Of a stretch of 35,315 nucleotides of DNA, positions 1 to 11,329 are shown in pieces. Made by a program: the position numbers and the translations under genes. Source of the DNA: Octopus bimaculoides. Lineage: Eukaryota. The stretch spans positions 28,506,369 through 28,541,683 of the forward strand of contig NC_068983.1 of assembly GCF_001194135.2 (NCBI RefSeq). The letters run 5' to 3'. Within the stretch, counting starts at the first letter, position 1. Every line of letters begins with the position of its first letter. The notes beneath the pieces are model-generated. The model had not been told where the DNA came from, ran no database searches, and saw only the letters and a program-made list of their open reading frames with translations.

Positions 1-397
1 ATATATATACACACACAGCTTGCTTATAGTTTAACCCTAGGCACAGTGAGAGATACAGATGAATATTAAGATGAGTAAGCATAAAAATGTGAAATCATCA
101 ATGATCTGGCTACATCTGCTGCTGTAAGGAGCTTGCCTCCCTTATCAGTTATTAAGATAGTGCTTTCTGTGGCTATTAGGTTGTTCTGACTCTTATTTCT
201 AGCAATACTGGTGCTCTAATAGTGCCGCTTGTCACTATTAGAGTATATGAAAGCGTTAATATGATTTATAAAAACATGTGACATATTAATAAAAATCTGT
301 AAATGTACAACCATCTAGATCTCTGAGTACCTTATTATTTTTTCTAATATATAATACCTGTACATCACCTCCAAACCTTCTAATATANNNNNNNNNN

Positions 398-436
<39 letters not shown>

Positions 437-500
437 TGCGTGCACACACATACACATATGTAAAATGTATATGAACTCCTTTGCAATAGCATTTATTTAC

Positions 501-584
501 TGGATTACACATGCACCTTCCTCATTTTCACTATCACGAAAATGTGAACCACCAACTGGCCTTGTAAGAACATCTGTTGGAAAC
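501..584 (-). CDS. Candidate 84-nt internal coding exon of an unidentified host gene (xFPTDVLTRPVGGSHFRDSENEEGACVIx)
   Basis: On the - strand, acceptor atatcacttcttatAG|G at 586-585 and donor CCA|GTAAAT at 500. Only one of three frames is open; phase 2-2 symmetric exon in non-repetitive sequence. Protein family not recognised. Confidence 0.5.
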
Positions 585-962
585 CTATAAGAAGTGATAT
601 TATTGTTCAACACTAGCAATATAAAATGAATTTTTTTAAAATTATAATCCAACATCTAATTTATCACCATCAACTAGCCCTTTGGTAGCTTTAGAAGAGT
701 ATTATCTTGGCAAGTTTTTTTTTCTCCAACTGAATGCTCTTCCTATTACCAACCATTTTATAGGAGAGTACTGGGTTCATTTTATAATAGCAACAACACT
801 AGAGAGCTTGACAATCTTTGGCAAGACCAAAGAGTCCTATCTTTTCTACATTGTTTTTGGATCATCCGATAAAAGAAGATATAAATCATTAGCTGAAGAG
901 ATATGTACTTTAATGGTCAGCATTAAAGTGTCACTATAAATAAAGTAAGTTACTGCTCACTC

Positions 963-1347
963 AGTGGAGGTGCAATGGCCCAGTGGTTAGGGCAGCGGAC
1001 TCGCGGTCATAGGATCGCGGTTTCGATTTCCAGACCGGGCGTTGTGAGTGTTTATTGAGCAAAAACACCTAAAGCTCCACGAGGCTCCGGCAGGGGATGG
1101 TGGCAAACCCTGCTGTACTCTTCCACCACAACTTTATCTCACTCTCACTTCCTGTTTTTGTTGTGCCTGTAATTCAAAGGGTCAGCCTTGTTACACTGTG
1201 TCACGCTGAATATCCCCAAGAACTACGTTAAGGGTACACGTGTCTGTGGATTGCTCAGCCACTTGCACATTACTTTCATGAGCAGGCTGTTCCATTGATC
1301 GGATCAACTAGAACCCTCGACGTCGTAAGCGACAGAGTGCCAACAAG
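963..1347 (+). mobile_element. Young full-length tRNA-derived SINE (family E) with 9-bp target-site duplication
   Basis: A-box-like TGGCCCAGTGG and B-box-like GGTTTCGATTT in the head, many CpGs intact, CCAACAA tail. TSD TGCTCACTC at 954-962 and 1348-1356. Confidence 0.9.
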
Positions 1348-2029
1348 TGCTCACTCTACAACTTGGGAAATTGTAATATCAGTGGCCACAGACATCACAA
1401 AAAAAGGGTATTTATTTATACCCAGTGATAAAGTAAGACTTGCAAGAAGTGTCACATAGGGTTTTAATTTGTTGAAGGATTATGAAAGAATTGGCTCTTT
1501 GAAATTAAAAATAGAATTTAGATATGTATCTCAGTTTTAATGACAGTGAGATAGCAATAACAGTGCAAATATTGGTAATAAACCAATCCTGCTGCCTTGT
1601 TTAATGCTATCTGCCTGACCTTTAAGTGTATTCAATGAAACCCTTACTATTGCAATCATTTTATCCTTCAGTAAGTGTCCATCATGTGTTGTGTACATCT
1701 CTACTCTTTTCACCAACCCAAAGTAAATAGCTAATCTTTTCTGGAATTTCTCCTTGTACTTTAACAGGTCTTAGATAAATCAATTCTTTGTGATATTGGA
1801 AATATTTCCAGCAGCCTGTCAGGTTCACTGACATTTTGCCTGTGTGGGAAGATCGTATGCCTGTGACCTCTGACAGCTTGTAGTTTTCTTTGTCCTTAGC
1901 ATTGTATGACACACATTTCAAAGAAGTTAAAATGTAAATAAATATATAAATCACTATTGGAACCAGTGAAACACAATATGCTTCTGAATATCTTTGTATT
2001 CTATAAATATTTTGTAGTTAACAACATAG

Positions 2030-2146
2030 GTGCAGGTATGGCTGTATGGTAAGAAGTTTGCTTCACAACCACATGGTTCCAGGTTCAGTCCTACTGCATG
2101 GCATCTTGAGCACAGTGTCTTCTACTACAGCCTCAGGCCAACCAAA
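2030..2146 (+). mobile_element. SINE family A, head and core fragment
   Basis: Aligns by eye with the copy at 34646-34790 (gcaggagtggctgtg..ggttcagtcc..cttgggcaagtgtc..gcc..gg.c.accaaa). Confidence 0.8.
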
Positions 2147-2298
2147 TGAATGTACATGTATTTGTCTTTGTGTATGTATTTGTTCCCCACCACTGCTTCA
2201 CAACCAAATAATTGCCACATGTTATATTTACAGATAAATTCCTCTATTTACATAATATCAAGGTTTCTTTCATTCTTTTGTTGTCTTACCATTTCTAT

Positions 2299-2337
<39 letters not shown>

Positions 2338-2371
2338 GTGTGTGTATGGTGTGTGTGTGTGTCCTCTTAGA

Positions 2372-2529
2372 GGGCCACACTCAAAATGGTGTTTTTTACG
2401 TGCCACCTGCACAGGAGCCAGTCCAGTGGCACTGGCAACGATTTTCTAACATGCCGCTACACAAGTGCCAGTAAGGCGACACTGGTGACGATCACGCTCA
2501 AATGGCGCTATTTATGTGCCACTAGCATG
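2372..2529 (-). mobile_element. SINE family C internal fragment
   Basis: Reverse complement matches 16990-17110 (gagcgtgatcgt..ccttactggcacttg..ggtggcacgtaaaaa.cac). Confidence 0.8.
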
Positions 2530-2532
2530 AAA

Positions 2533-2647
2533 GGATAAAAGGCAAAGTCAACTCTAGCAGAATTTGAGCTCAGAATATAAAGATGGACAAAATGCTACTC
2601 AGTATTTTCCCCCAGAATGGCAACGATTCTGTCAGATTGCTGCCTTA
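2533..2647 (-). mobile_element. SINE family B 5' fragment
   Basis: Reverse complement reads taaggcagc..gacagaatcgtt..ttctgagctcaaattctgctagagttgactttgccttttatcc, matching 27251-27360. Confidence 0.8.
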
Positions 2648-3606
2648 CTATGTTGCAAATATTCAAAGTTAATTAACTTCATTTGAGATACAAAGCAAAA
2701 AGCGTTTCAAACATTTTTCCATAAATTTCTTTTAGATCTATCATTTTTACTTTTTCCTACAGTTGTATCATTCTTTCTAACATATATATATTTTCTTTAA
2801 AATATCATTTCATCTTTCACTACTTTATTCATGGGGTGCTCAGTCCAATGTATTGCATATATACAGCATTTGAAGAACTATATTTAGTTGACGTTAGAAA
2901 TACATATATAACCATTAATAAATTTCCTAGTTACATTACCTGAATGAATATCCATGGATTCAAACACACTATGTCTACACAGTTGCTTTTCACTTTATTC
3001 ATTTATTTAATCAAAAAATACTCTTTATATATATATATATATATNNNNNNNNNNTATATATACATATATATAACATAAAAGCTGAAAGCAAATACTTTTC
3101 CCTGTATCTTTACTCTAACAAAGTTAGTAGTATTAAATTATCCTAAATGAATATTAGATTTCCAAGATGGTTTGGGAAATCAGGTTAACAAAATTGTATT
3201 GCTACATGTATGCAAGAAGAGATAGCCATAAAATAGCAGGCTGTAAAACAAAATAATGATACAAAATTTGATAGTCTATTTGTGTATCAATATTTTGCTG
3301 GTTTACGCTAGGATTTATTCAAACAGGCTTATAGAAACTTGAAGTAGTAATTATGTTAATATTGTATATTTTCATGGCTGGAAAAATATTTAACAAGTAG
3401 ATCTGGATGTTTTTGTTAGAAATATTCCTATTTGCTATTTTACATTATTGAGAAGAACAGACTGGCCAGTGTTGAATAAACAAAATTTTTAATGTTAAAA
3501 ATTTCCTCTTCTGGAAATGGCAAAAAACGAGAGACAGACAGACAGATAGATAGATAGGAAGACAGAGGGAAAGAGAGAAAAGGAGAGAAAGAGAGTCATA
3601 TAACTA

Positions 3607-3822
3607 TGAGAGGGGCTGAAAATTTCCTGGTTTTAAGGGTATCACGAAAGGCCTGGATAGAGGCCCAACCTTCTGAGTTCTCTCACGAGGCTTTAAAAAA
3701 CTGAAAGACCACTGCAATTAATATGTGAATCTAAGAAGGGATTATGTAGAATAAAATCATAATTAACTGATCCTCCTGCTTTTTCTTTACCCAAAGCCAG
3801 GAACGTTTCAGCACCCCCAACA
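3607..3822 (+). mobile_element. Mariner-derived MITE (internally deleted Tc1/mariner), copy 1
   Basis: TA dinucleotides at 3605-3606 and 3823-3824; imperfect TIRs (gggg.gctgaaaa.ttcctgg.ttt); about 75-80% similar by eye to 29504-29718. Confidence 0.8.
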
Positions 3823-4021
3823 TATATGTAGCTAAACAGAAAATTACATGTGCTTTAGTAATATTAGTCTAAAATAAAAGAATAGATTGGCAAATCAGCA
3901 AATAGTCAAGTATCTTCTACAGCAGCCCCCAGCAATAAGACGCCTGATGATGATCAGAGACCAGACTGCATACAACATCGTGCAGATTTAGATAAACTGA
4001 AGTCAAAGTCTTAAAAAATAT

Positions 4022-4024
<3 letters not shown>

Positions 4025-4100
<76 letters not shown>
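4025..4100. repeat. (CA)n microsatellite
   Basis: Direct inspection. Confidence 0.95.
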
Positions 4101-4151
4101 TATTAAACAAGCTGCTGCACACAGTATCTGCCCACTGGATTTCATCTTCGG

Positions 4152-4474
4152 ATAAAGACACCTTTTGGTCATGAATAACCATGGGATACCCTCCAAAGCA
4201 CAAATCTGAGCAAGGTTGTTTATGGAAGACCAGCAGTCGCCCATGCATTCCAGCCTCCCTTCTCCACACTGCCAATGTTATCCAAGGGAAAGGCAAAGGC
4301 CGATACAGCTTGGCACCTGTGTAGTCGCAACTCATTTCTACAGCTGAGTGAACTGGTGGAACATGAAACAAAGTGTCTTGCTCAAGAACACAACACACAG
4401 CCCAGTCTGGGAATCAAACTCACTACCACATGATTGTGAACCTGACACTGTAACCACTGAGTCGTGCACCTTCA
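4152..4474 (-). mobile_element. SINE family D, near full length
   Basis: Reverse complement matches 24665-24944 (tRNA-like head, gtgttcttgagcaagacacttt, cagctgtagaaatgagttg, ttggataacattgg). Confidence 0.85.
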
Positions 4475-4799
4475 AACTGATTTCACCTTCAAAATATTAG
4501 CAAACCTGAAACTATAGTAGAAAATGCTTGCCCATAGTGTGACAGAGAGGGATGAACCCAGAATCACCATATTGCTCAGAAAACATTTTAACCACACACC
4601 CTTTCCTTATTTCATTAAAATCAAAGAATACATTCAGTAAAGATAACCACAAAATTACAAGCTTTTAACAACAAAACATTTTATTTAACCCTAGTTAAAC
4701 AGAAACAGTTTAAATGAAGTATTAAATATTTTAGGCTTTTCTATAAAATTTTAAATTACTAATTAATGAATATAATCCTTCAGAATATTGAAAAGATAA

Positions 4800-4993
4800 T
4801 GAAAAGAAAATTTAAATATTTGGCTTCCAAATGAGGAAGCCCTCAGTAATTTTAATACAACTTATCTTTGGCTTACTACATCAAGTATGCAAATACAAAC
4901 TTTACTGTTAAGTTGTCAAACCACAAGTATCTCTTGGTATTTTCTCTCACTTATTCATATTTATTGTAGAATTGCAGTATTCTGCATGACAGC
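4800..4993 (+). repeat. Unclassified ~190-bp dispersed repeat, copy 1 (direct repeat of 5745-5928)
   Basis: Shared blocks include ttttaatacaacttatctt, gcttactacatcaagtatgcaaa, aactttact.ttaagttgtcaaa and ttcatatttattgtagaattgcagta.tctgcatgacagc. Confidence 0.85.
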
Positions 4994-4999
4994 TGGAAA

Positions 5000-7850
5000 T
5001 AATACAGTGCTTTCAGTGAAATACTATGATAAATTCTTAAATGTCACCAAAGATTTAGTCTGATAAATGCTATCGAACTGGCACCACTTAAATGTCTGAG
5101 ATTTGAGATTCAAAAAGTTCAGTTGTCACTCTAAATATATGTGCAGCTATGCACCAACAATGGAGATTCCTCACAATCCTTTACTCTCAAAAAAATAGGT
5201 GTCAAATCTCCCTCAAATTCCACCTTATTCATGTTTGCCACCAAATGTACAAGCAATTTTAGTACCTGATAGAGATTGTAGCTCTATTGATCAGCTGGAG
5301 GAGTTAACAGATGGTGTTATCAATATTTCACTTCAGGCATTCCCTACCTCTTTCATTTCCTTTATGTTTTCAGATTTGGCAGAGTTCCATAAGTTTACTG
5401 AGGGGAGAATTCAGGCGCTCACAGAAAAAAAATGGAACATCCCAAAACACCTTGTTTTGCCATGCATTCAACCTTCTATTCCAGGAATTTGGTATCAGAA
5501 TGCTCCACTAGTTCTCACAGGGGAAATCATGTACTATGTTGGTGTCATTACAGATTTGGTTTGCATGCCCAGCACTGTACATTACCTTGTTATTCTTCAG
5601 CCTGCTTCTGAGCAGTAAGAAAATATAGACACCAGGAGAAACAACATGCATTCCCCAGCATTCCTACAGTAAGACGCTTTTTTTCTTACTACTGATTCTT
5701 CTTCAAAATATCGCTTTTTAATAGATACTGACACTGAAAACAAAATTAAGTTGTTTTGTTTTCAAATGAAGAAGCTCTCAGAAGTTTTAATACAACTTAT
5801 CTTCAGCTTACTACATCAAGTATGCAAACATTAACTTTACTATTAAGTTGTCAAACAACAGGTACCTCTTGCTATTTTCTCCTATTCATTCATATTTATT
5901 GTAGAATTGCAGTACTCTGCATGACAGCATTTTTCCTTACAACTTTTACAAGATATGTGGCAGCCAACAGTGATTCCCTTACAAGTTGTAAAGCATTCGA
6001 CAATACCCACATGTAGAGAAAAATCTATGATGTTGGATATGAATTTATAAATTTTATCATAGCTGATATTCCATATCCAAATCTCAGCACTGATTGTCTC
6101 ATATTATTTTGATTTCTTATTTGATTTAAAAGATCTAAAATTAATTGATTCTGTTACTAATTTATGAATACGTGGTATTTGCTCAAAGGCTACTGTTATC
6201 ATCTCTACTTTGTCACATCAACATCTAACAATTATCATGCACATCTTAGTCAACTTTCAGAAACTGCTCGCCCAGTTTTTAGAAAAGCCATTATATTTAT
6301 CAATACATCATATTGTCATAACTGAACTTCCGGTTTCTGCTCATTCTAGATGTCTTCCTCCAACTAGATTGAAAATTGCTATAGAAGAATTTATATATTT
6401 CAGCTCATTCAACGTTCTGGTAATTGAGCTTCTCCTCTCCGCATGATGTTAAAAAAGAATGAAGGTATCCCTGTGAGGGTTAGATGAAGCTAAACTCCCA
6501 AACTATGCTGGATAAATACCCCATTCCTCTCATTCACAATTTTTCATCTTCTCTACACAGTGCTATTGCTTTTTCAAAGACAGATTTGGTTTATACATAT
6601 AACCAGGTTTATCAGATCACAATCTACATATAACCAGGTTTCAATAACATGCTGTGACATTCATAAGATGGTTATTATCACATCTTTCAAACTATATGAA
6701 TTCAGTAGAATACTTTTGGGCTTCAGAAATTCAGTGAATTGCTTCTAAAGGTTTCTTGATGAAGTGACTCATGGTTTGAATTTCATTTTTGCATGCATCA
6801 ATCATTTATTGATCACTAATACTTCAGTATTGGACCATGAACATCATCTAAATCAACTTTTCACTAGATTAGCACTTTATAGAGTAGGCATTAACTCCAG
6901 TGACTGCCTTTTTGGTGTTTTATCTCTAACGTTTTTAGATCATATCATTGATAGCAATTGTATTTGCCCTATGACTGAGAAGGTAGCTGCAATTGTACAA
7001 TTTTCAGCTTCCACTTCATTATGAAAGTTATGTGAATTATTTGGCTTCATAATTTCTACAGATGTTTTATTCCACAATGTGCTGAAATGATTTATACTTT
7101 AACCGAATTATAACATGATTGAAAAAGGAATAAGAAGAACATACTTGTAAGACCAGAAGGATTATAGACTTGTTTAACAAGATTAAAGAGACATTATCCA
7201 ACATCACTTTATTAACTCACTTGACATCAGATGCACCCTTGAGTTCTAATGGAGATTTCTGATATAGGAATCAGAGTGTTTTAGAACAATTTATTCAAGG
7301 TTTTGACAATATCTGTGCTTTTCTTGAAGCATTTCAGCCAGGTGAAGCTAGATATACTACTTTCAGTCAAGAAGTATTGACAGTATATCTATCAGTTAAG
7401 CATTTTCCTCATATCCCAGAAGGAAAAAACTGAGCATAAGCCATTAACTTTTGCTTTTCTGTCTCAATTGAATAAACATTCTCTAAAGGAGATTAGACAC
7501 CTTGATTTTATATCACATTTTACTACTAATATTCACTACATCAAAGGCTCTAGTAATTGCATGGCTGATGCCTTATTCTGAATTCATGTGAATTCTCTGC
7601 ACTCCAGTGATTCTATCAATTTTGGGAAAACTTGCTATGGACCAATAATCAGATGAGAATTTATTATAACTAAAGAACTCTTGAGTCTTTAGAATTTTGT
7701 CTTGTTCCTCTGTATGCTTCCACAAAGCATATTTGGTGAGATGTTTCTACTTTTGTACCTGCTTAACATAGTCAATCAGGTTTTTTCTACTCTTCACCAT
7801 ACTGATAGAATTTAAAGGCTTACATTGATGTAACAAAGGCACATCTTTAC
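5000..7850 (+). pseudogene. Degenerate Ty3/Gypsy LTR-retrotransposon gag-pol (CsRn1-like lineage), many stops and frameshifts
   Basis: Manual translation across frames. Gag: SCLPPNVQAIL and CWCHYRFGLHAQHCTLPC (~5538-5590). Protease: RFLIDTD (~5722-5742), TIPTCREKSMMLD, IADIPYP, YFDFLFDLKDLKLIDSVT. RT: HHIVITELPVSAHSRCLPP, DKYPIPLIHNFSSSLHSAIAFSKTDL, GFRNSVNCF*RFLDEV, decayed YxDD as CINH. RNase H: YTTFSQEVLTVYLSVKHF, HKPLTFAF, IRHLDFISHF. Then the start of the integrase N-terminal region. No LTRs recognised. Confidence 0.9.
5745..5928 (+). repeat. Unclassified ~190-bp dispersed repeat, copy 2, interrupting the Gypsy protease region
   Basis: Direct repeat of 4800-4993; lies between the DTD motif and the downstream protease residues. 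Confidence 0.85.
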
Positions 7851-7860
7851 GTACAAACAA

Positions 7861-8083
7861 AAGATCCCTTTCGGGCATGAATGACCATGGGATTGCACCT
7901 AGGAAGTTCCCCTCCAAGGCACAAGGTTGTTTCTGGAAGACCAGCAGTTGCCCATGTATACCAGTCTCCCCTCTCCACACCACTGATGTTATCCAAGGGA
8001 AAGGCAAAAGCTGATACAGCTTGGCACAGGTGACGTCACAACTCATTTCTACAGCTGAGTGAAATGGAGCAACATGAAATAAG
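7861..8083 (-). mobile_element. SINE family D lacking its head, at the 3' end of the Gypsy relic
   Basis: Nearly co-linear with 4160-4385 and 29760-29990. Confidence 0.85.
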
Positions 8084-8175
8084 GTATTATAAAAATGTGG
8101 ATTTTGAATCCATAGGCAGAACAATCTATTGTTATACAGAATAATTTCATTCAATGCCATGGCTGGGGTTCTCAC

Positions 8176-8203
8176 TTTTGCTCTTCGTTCTACCAATAAC
8201 AAC
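8176..8203 (-). CDS. Weak candidate 28-nt micro-exon (VVIGRTKSKx)
   Basis: Acceptor ..gagactcAG|GTT at 8205-8204 and donor AAAA|GTGAGA at 8175; phase-0 start is compatible with the exon at 9343-9383. Short enough to be chance. Confidence 0.2.
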
Positions 8204-8327
8204 CTGAGTCTCAATAATTATGAACTGTTTTAATATCACTATTTAACATAATAAGCAGTGAAAACTTATACTGATTTCATTTGATATCTCTTGAATGTTG
8301 TTCTGCTTATTTAACTGTTGTATTGCT

Positions 8328-8673
8328 CATTTACTCTTTTACTCTTTTACTTGTTTCAGTCATTTGACTGTGGCCATGCTGAAGCACCGCCTTTAGTCGA
8401 GCAAATCGACCCCAGGACTTATTCTTTGTAAGCCTAGTACTTATTCTATCGGTCTCTTTTGCCGAACTACTAAGTTACGGGGACGTAAACACACCAGCAT
8501 CGGTTGTCAAGCAATATTGGGGGGACAAACACAGACACACAAACATACACATGCACATACATATATATATACATATATACAACGGACTTCTTTCAGTTTC
8601 CATCTACCAAATCCAATCACAAGGCTTTGGTCGGCCCGAGGCTATAGTAGAAGACACTTGCCCAAGGTGCCAC
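8328..8673 (-). mobile_element. SINE family A (core, internal microsatellite and 3' tail; head lies in the gap)
   Basis: Reverse complement reads gtggcaccttgggcaagtgtcttctactatagcctcgggccgaccaaagcc..gtttgtcccccc..cagcatggccacagtcaaatgactgaaacaag(taaaagag)n; same organisation as 34646-35284. Confidence 0.9.
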
Positions 8674-9342
8674 NNNNNNNNNNNNNNNNNNNNNNNNNNN
8701 NNNNNNNNNNNNNNNNNNNNNNNNNNNNNNNNNNNNNNNNNNNNNNNNNNNNNNNNNNNNNNNNNNNNNNNNNNNNNNNNNNNNNNNNNNNNNNNNNNNN
8801 NNNNNNNNNNNNNNNNNNNNNNNNNNNNNNNNNNNNNNNNNNNNNNNNNNNNNNNNNNNNNNNNNNNNNNNNNNNNNNNNNNNNNNNNNNNNNNNNNNNN
8901 NNNNNNNNNNNNNNNNNNNNNNNNNNNNNNNNNNNNNNNNNNNNNNNNNNNNNNNNNNNNNNNNNNNNNNNNNNNNTATATATATATATATATATGTAAA
9001 TGCAAATGTTCTTGATTAATAAAAAAAAATATGGTAACTTATAATAAATATTGATTTCAAACTTTAGCACAAGGCTACCAATTTCAGGGAGGGGCTAAGT
9101 CAATTATTCTGCCCACAGTCTTTAATAAAATAGAACACTGAATAATGAAGTCCATGATATATTCTACCTATTGTGAAATGCAGAATGCTCTCCACACGAA
9201 TGCCTTTGTGTATAGATTTGTTCAATCAGAACCTATCAGGAGCTAAAAATATAATTGCATATTTTTACATCGCATTTTGCTTTGAATGTAACTGGTTTTG
9301 TTATATGAATAACTCACAGTATATCATAAATATATCACTTAC

Positions 9343-9383
9343 TGGGTAGAGCGAGGTTATGAATTTGATATCAAAATAATATT
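9343..9383 (-). CDS. Candidate 41-nt coding micro-exon (xYYFDIKFITSLYP)
   Basis: Strong acceptor tttttttgaaatcttgcttttgtttAG at 9385-9384 and consensus donor CCA|GTAAGTG at 9342; only one frame open. Confidence 0.45.
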
Positions 9384-11050
9384 CTAAACAAAAGCAAGAT
9401 TTCAAAAAAATATTAACTGTGAAACCTTGCTACTCAAACTGTGCTATATTCAGAGGACCAATGAAAAGTATAAAATAAGGTTCCTTCTCCAAAGAAAGAA
9501 TATTTATTGAAGAAGCCCCCAGCATGGTTAAAAATAGTAATGCGTTTAGTGAAAAGAACTAAGTACAGATATTAAAAAGACAAAAGCAATAGCAAACTTT
9601 TATGATAAAAACAACTTTTCTTGTTGAGATAAGCTTCAATGATCATTCATAGTTTACTTATTCCAAAGAAGAAATCACTGTAATGTATTAGTTCTGATAG
9701 CATTCTTTACTTTTGCTAACTTTACTTGCTTCTTTAAGACTAAAAGTGCAAACCATTTCTTTTCTTTTAAAGAACTAATTGCATAATTATACAGCAGTTC
9801 AACTCTTTCTCTTTTGATTTTCAGATAGCGTGGGAGTAAACTCCATGTATTTTAAACATTTTCTCAATCTGCTCTAAAAGTAAAATTGTTCAGGCAGAGT
9901 TGTCTCCCTTGGCTAAAGACCTCAAAATTGTGCAACCCGTACTCATTTTCAAGGCTATTTTTATAGTAAAAAAGAGTTGTACAAAACACATACTTAATTT
10001 AGAAGACGAAAGATTACTGGATCTTTCGATACCTCATATGTCAAAATCAGCAACTCAGTTTTCGAATCCATGAGGAACACACACGCACACGTGCACACAC
10101 ACACACACACACACACACANNNNNNNNNNNNNNNNNNNNNNNNNNNNNNNNNNNNNNNNNNNNNNNNNNNNNNNNNNNNNNNNNNNNNNNNNNNNNNNNN
10201 NNNNNNNNNNNNNNNNNNNNNNNNNNNNNNNNNNNNNNNNNNNNNNNNNNNNNNNNNNNNNNNNNNNNNNNNNNNNNNNNNNNNNNNNNNNNNNNNNNNN
10301 NNNNNNNNNNNNNNNNNNNNNNNNNNNNNNNNNNNNNNNNNNNNNNNNNNNNNNNNNNNNNNNNNNNNNNNNNNNNNNNNNNNNNNNNNNNNNNNNNNNN
10401 NNNNNNNNNNNNNNNNNNNNNNNNNNNNNNNNNNNNNNNNNNNNNNNNNNNNNNNNNNNNNNNNNNNNNNNNNNNNNNNNNNNNNNNNNNNNNNNNNNNN
10501 NNNNNNNNNNNNNNNNNNNNNNNNNNNNNNNNNNNNNNNNNNNNNNNNNNNNNNNNNNNNNNNNNNNNNNNNNNNNNNNNNNNNNNNNNNNNNNNNNNNN
10601 NNNNNNNNNNNNNNNNNNNNNNNNNNNNNNNNNNNNNNNNNNNNNNNNNNNNNNNNNNNNNNNNNNNNNNNNNNNNNNNNNNNNNNNNNNNNNNNNNNNN
10701 NNNNNNNNNNNNNNNNNNNNNNNNNNNNNNNNNNNNNNNNNNNNNNNNNNNNNNNNNNNNNNNNNNNNNNNNNNNNNNNNNNNNNNNNNNNNNNNNNNNN
10801 NNNNNNNNNNNNNNNNNNNNNNNNNNNNNNNNNNNNNNNNNNNNNNNNNNNNNNNNNNNNNNNNNNNNNNNNNNNNNNNNNNNNNNNNNNNNNNNNNNNN
10901 NNNNNNNNNNNNNNNNNNNNNNNNNNNNNNNNNNNNNNNNNNNNNNNNNNNNNNNNNNNNNNNNNNNNNNNNNNNNNNNNNNNNNNNNNNNNNNNNNNNN
11001 NNNNNNNNNNNNNNNNNNNNNNNNNNNNNNNNNNNNNNNNNNNNNNNNNN

Positions 11051-11093
<43 letters not shown>

Positions 11094-11329
11094 ATGTATG
11101 TATGTATGTATGTTTATATATATATATGAATGAATGATATTATTTTCAAATTCATTGTCAATTCATTCTGAAGATCTCATTAACTCACATTTTATCACCA
11201 ATATGTGTATTCAAAAAGCTGATTTTGTTTTATTCCCTCAAGACTATTTAGAGAATTACCGATGTCAAGTTCTATTGTTGTACATAAATCAATTTAACGG
11301 TTTTGCTATTTTATAAATATTATTATCAG

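Noticed and set aside
682-939. 85-aa ORF starting at a TTG codon
   Set aside because: No recognisable motif or splice context; consistent with a chance ORF in AT-rich DNA.
893-960. CTGAAGA followed by a CTTTAATG/CATTAAAG hairpin as a hammerhead
   Set aside because: There is no GAAA after the stem, and stems I and III do not pair convincingly.
963-1045. tRNA genes in the SINE heads (also at 24665 and 27251)
   Set aside because: They have A and B boxes but no complete cloverleaf, and they continue into SINE bodies.
1648-1769. Minus-strand open stretch LLKYKEKFQKRLAIYFGLVKRVEMYTTHDGHLLKDKMIAI with a GTAAGG donor as an exon
   Set aside because: The acceptor is poor (AAG, little pyrimidine tract) and the phase does not fit the 501-584 exon; I cannot support it without RNA data.
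3944-4000. CTGATGA motif as a hammerhead core
   Set aside because: There is no downstream stem II-GAAA-stem III arrangement.
5199-5618. 139-aa ORF as an intact gene
   Set aside because: It is a frameshifted piece of Gypsy gag; the zinc-knuckle motif lies in another frame.
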